Below, piece after piece: positions 63,374-63,455 of a DNA stretch of 63,455 bases. The notes beneath the pieces were generated by a model. It had not been told where the DNA came from. It saw nothing but the letters and a program-made list of their open reading frames with translations, and ran no database searches. Position 1 is the stretch's first letter. Every line of letters starts with the position of its first letter. A program made the position numbers and the translations under genes. Source of the stretch: a virus (lineage: Duplodnaviria; Caudoviricetes); IMG/VR virus record IMGVR_UViG_3300024974_000006, positions 1-63,455 of that record. One strand, given 5' to 3'.

Positions 63374-63455
63374 ATGAAAGCTTTCATACAATTCAAATCA
63401 GCTGCTCATGGTATTGAATTATCCCACGTACTTCCTGGCTTTATGCCGTTAAAGA
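63374..63455 (+). CDS. Small ORF that continues across the junction to position 70 (45 aa)
   Basis: MKAFIQFKSAAHGIELSHVLPGFMPLK|KAQKICAIYPNHIFVKCS*; AGGA RBS. Confidence 0.7.
   Translation, partial: MKAFIQFKSAAHGIELSHVLPGFMPLK
63441..63455. repeat. Terminal overlap, copy 2
   Basis: Identical to 1-15. Confidence 0.95.

Noticed and set aside
1-63455. Stop-codon reassignment, tRNAs, integrase, DGR/retron reverse transcriptase
   Set aside because: Core genes are intact in the standard code; no tRNA T-loop/cloverleaf, recombinase or RT motifs seen by eye (tRNAscan not run)
63441-63455. Biological direct terminal repeat
   Set aside because: Only 15 bp and in the middle of an ORF; better explained as assembler circular overlap

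Overview
The window appears to be a complete, circularly assembled genome of a lytic, AT-rich podovirus-type dsDNA phage. Bases 1-15 repeat at 63441-63455, and an ORF reads through the junction. It has two convergent arms meeting at a bidirectional terminator at ~29.3 kb. The + arm (61.3 kb through the junction to 29.2 kb) carries small early genes and a phiEco32/PaP3-type peptide-ligase cluster (gamma-glutamyl cyclotransferase, ATP-grasp, COOH-NH2 ligase, amidoligase, class II glutamine amidotransferase). It also carries T7-like replication genes (primase-helicase, split PolA, SSB, 5'-3' exonuclease), an RNA ligase and nucleotide metabolism genes (ThyX, MazG, NrdAB). The - arm (60.6 to 29.3 kb) carries terminase, portal, scaffold, an N4-gp56-type capsid, tail and lysis genes and a 2417-aa internal protein. 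I saw no RNA polymerase, integrase, tRNA, CRISPR array or reverse transcriptase. The most notable unexplained signals are: (1) an A_AAA_AAG -1 frameshift or slippage site that gives the amidotransferase a zinc finger; (2) a 51-bp perfect-consensus antisense promoter cassette present at both ends of the early/middle arm; (3) a ~400-nt structured non-coding leader behind the early promoters; (4) an H-type pseudoknot in front of the capsid gene; (5) an expanded peptide-ligase locus with duplicated unknown genes. All protein calls come from motif recognition by eye, not from database searches.
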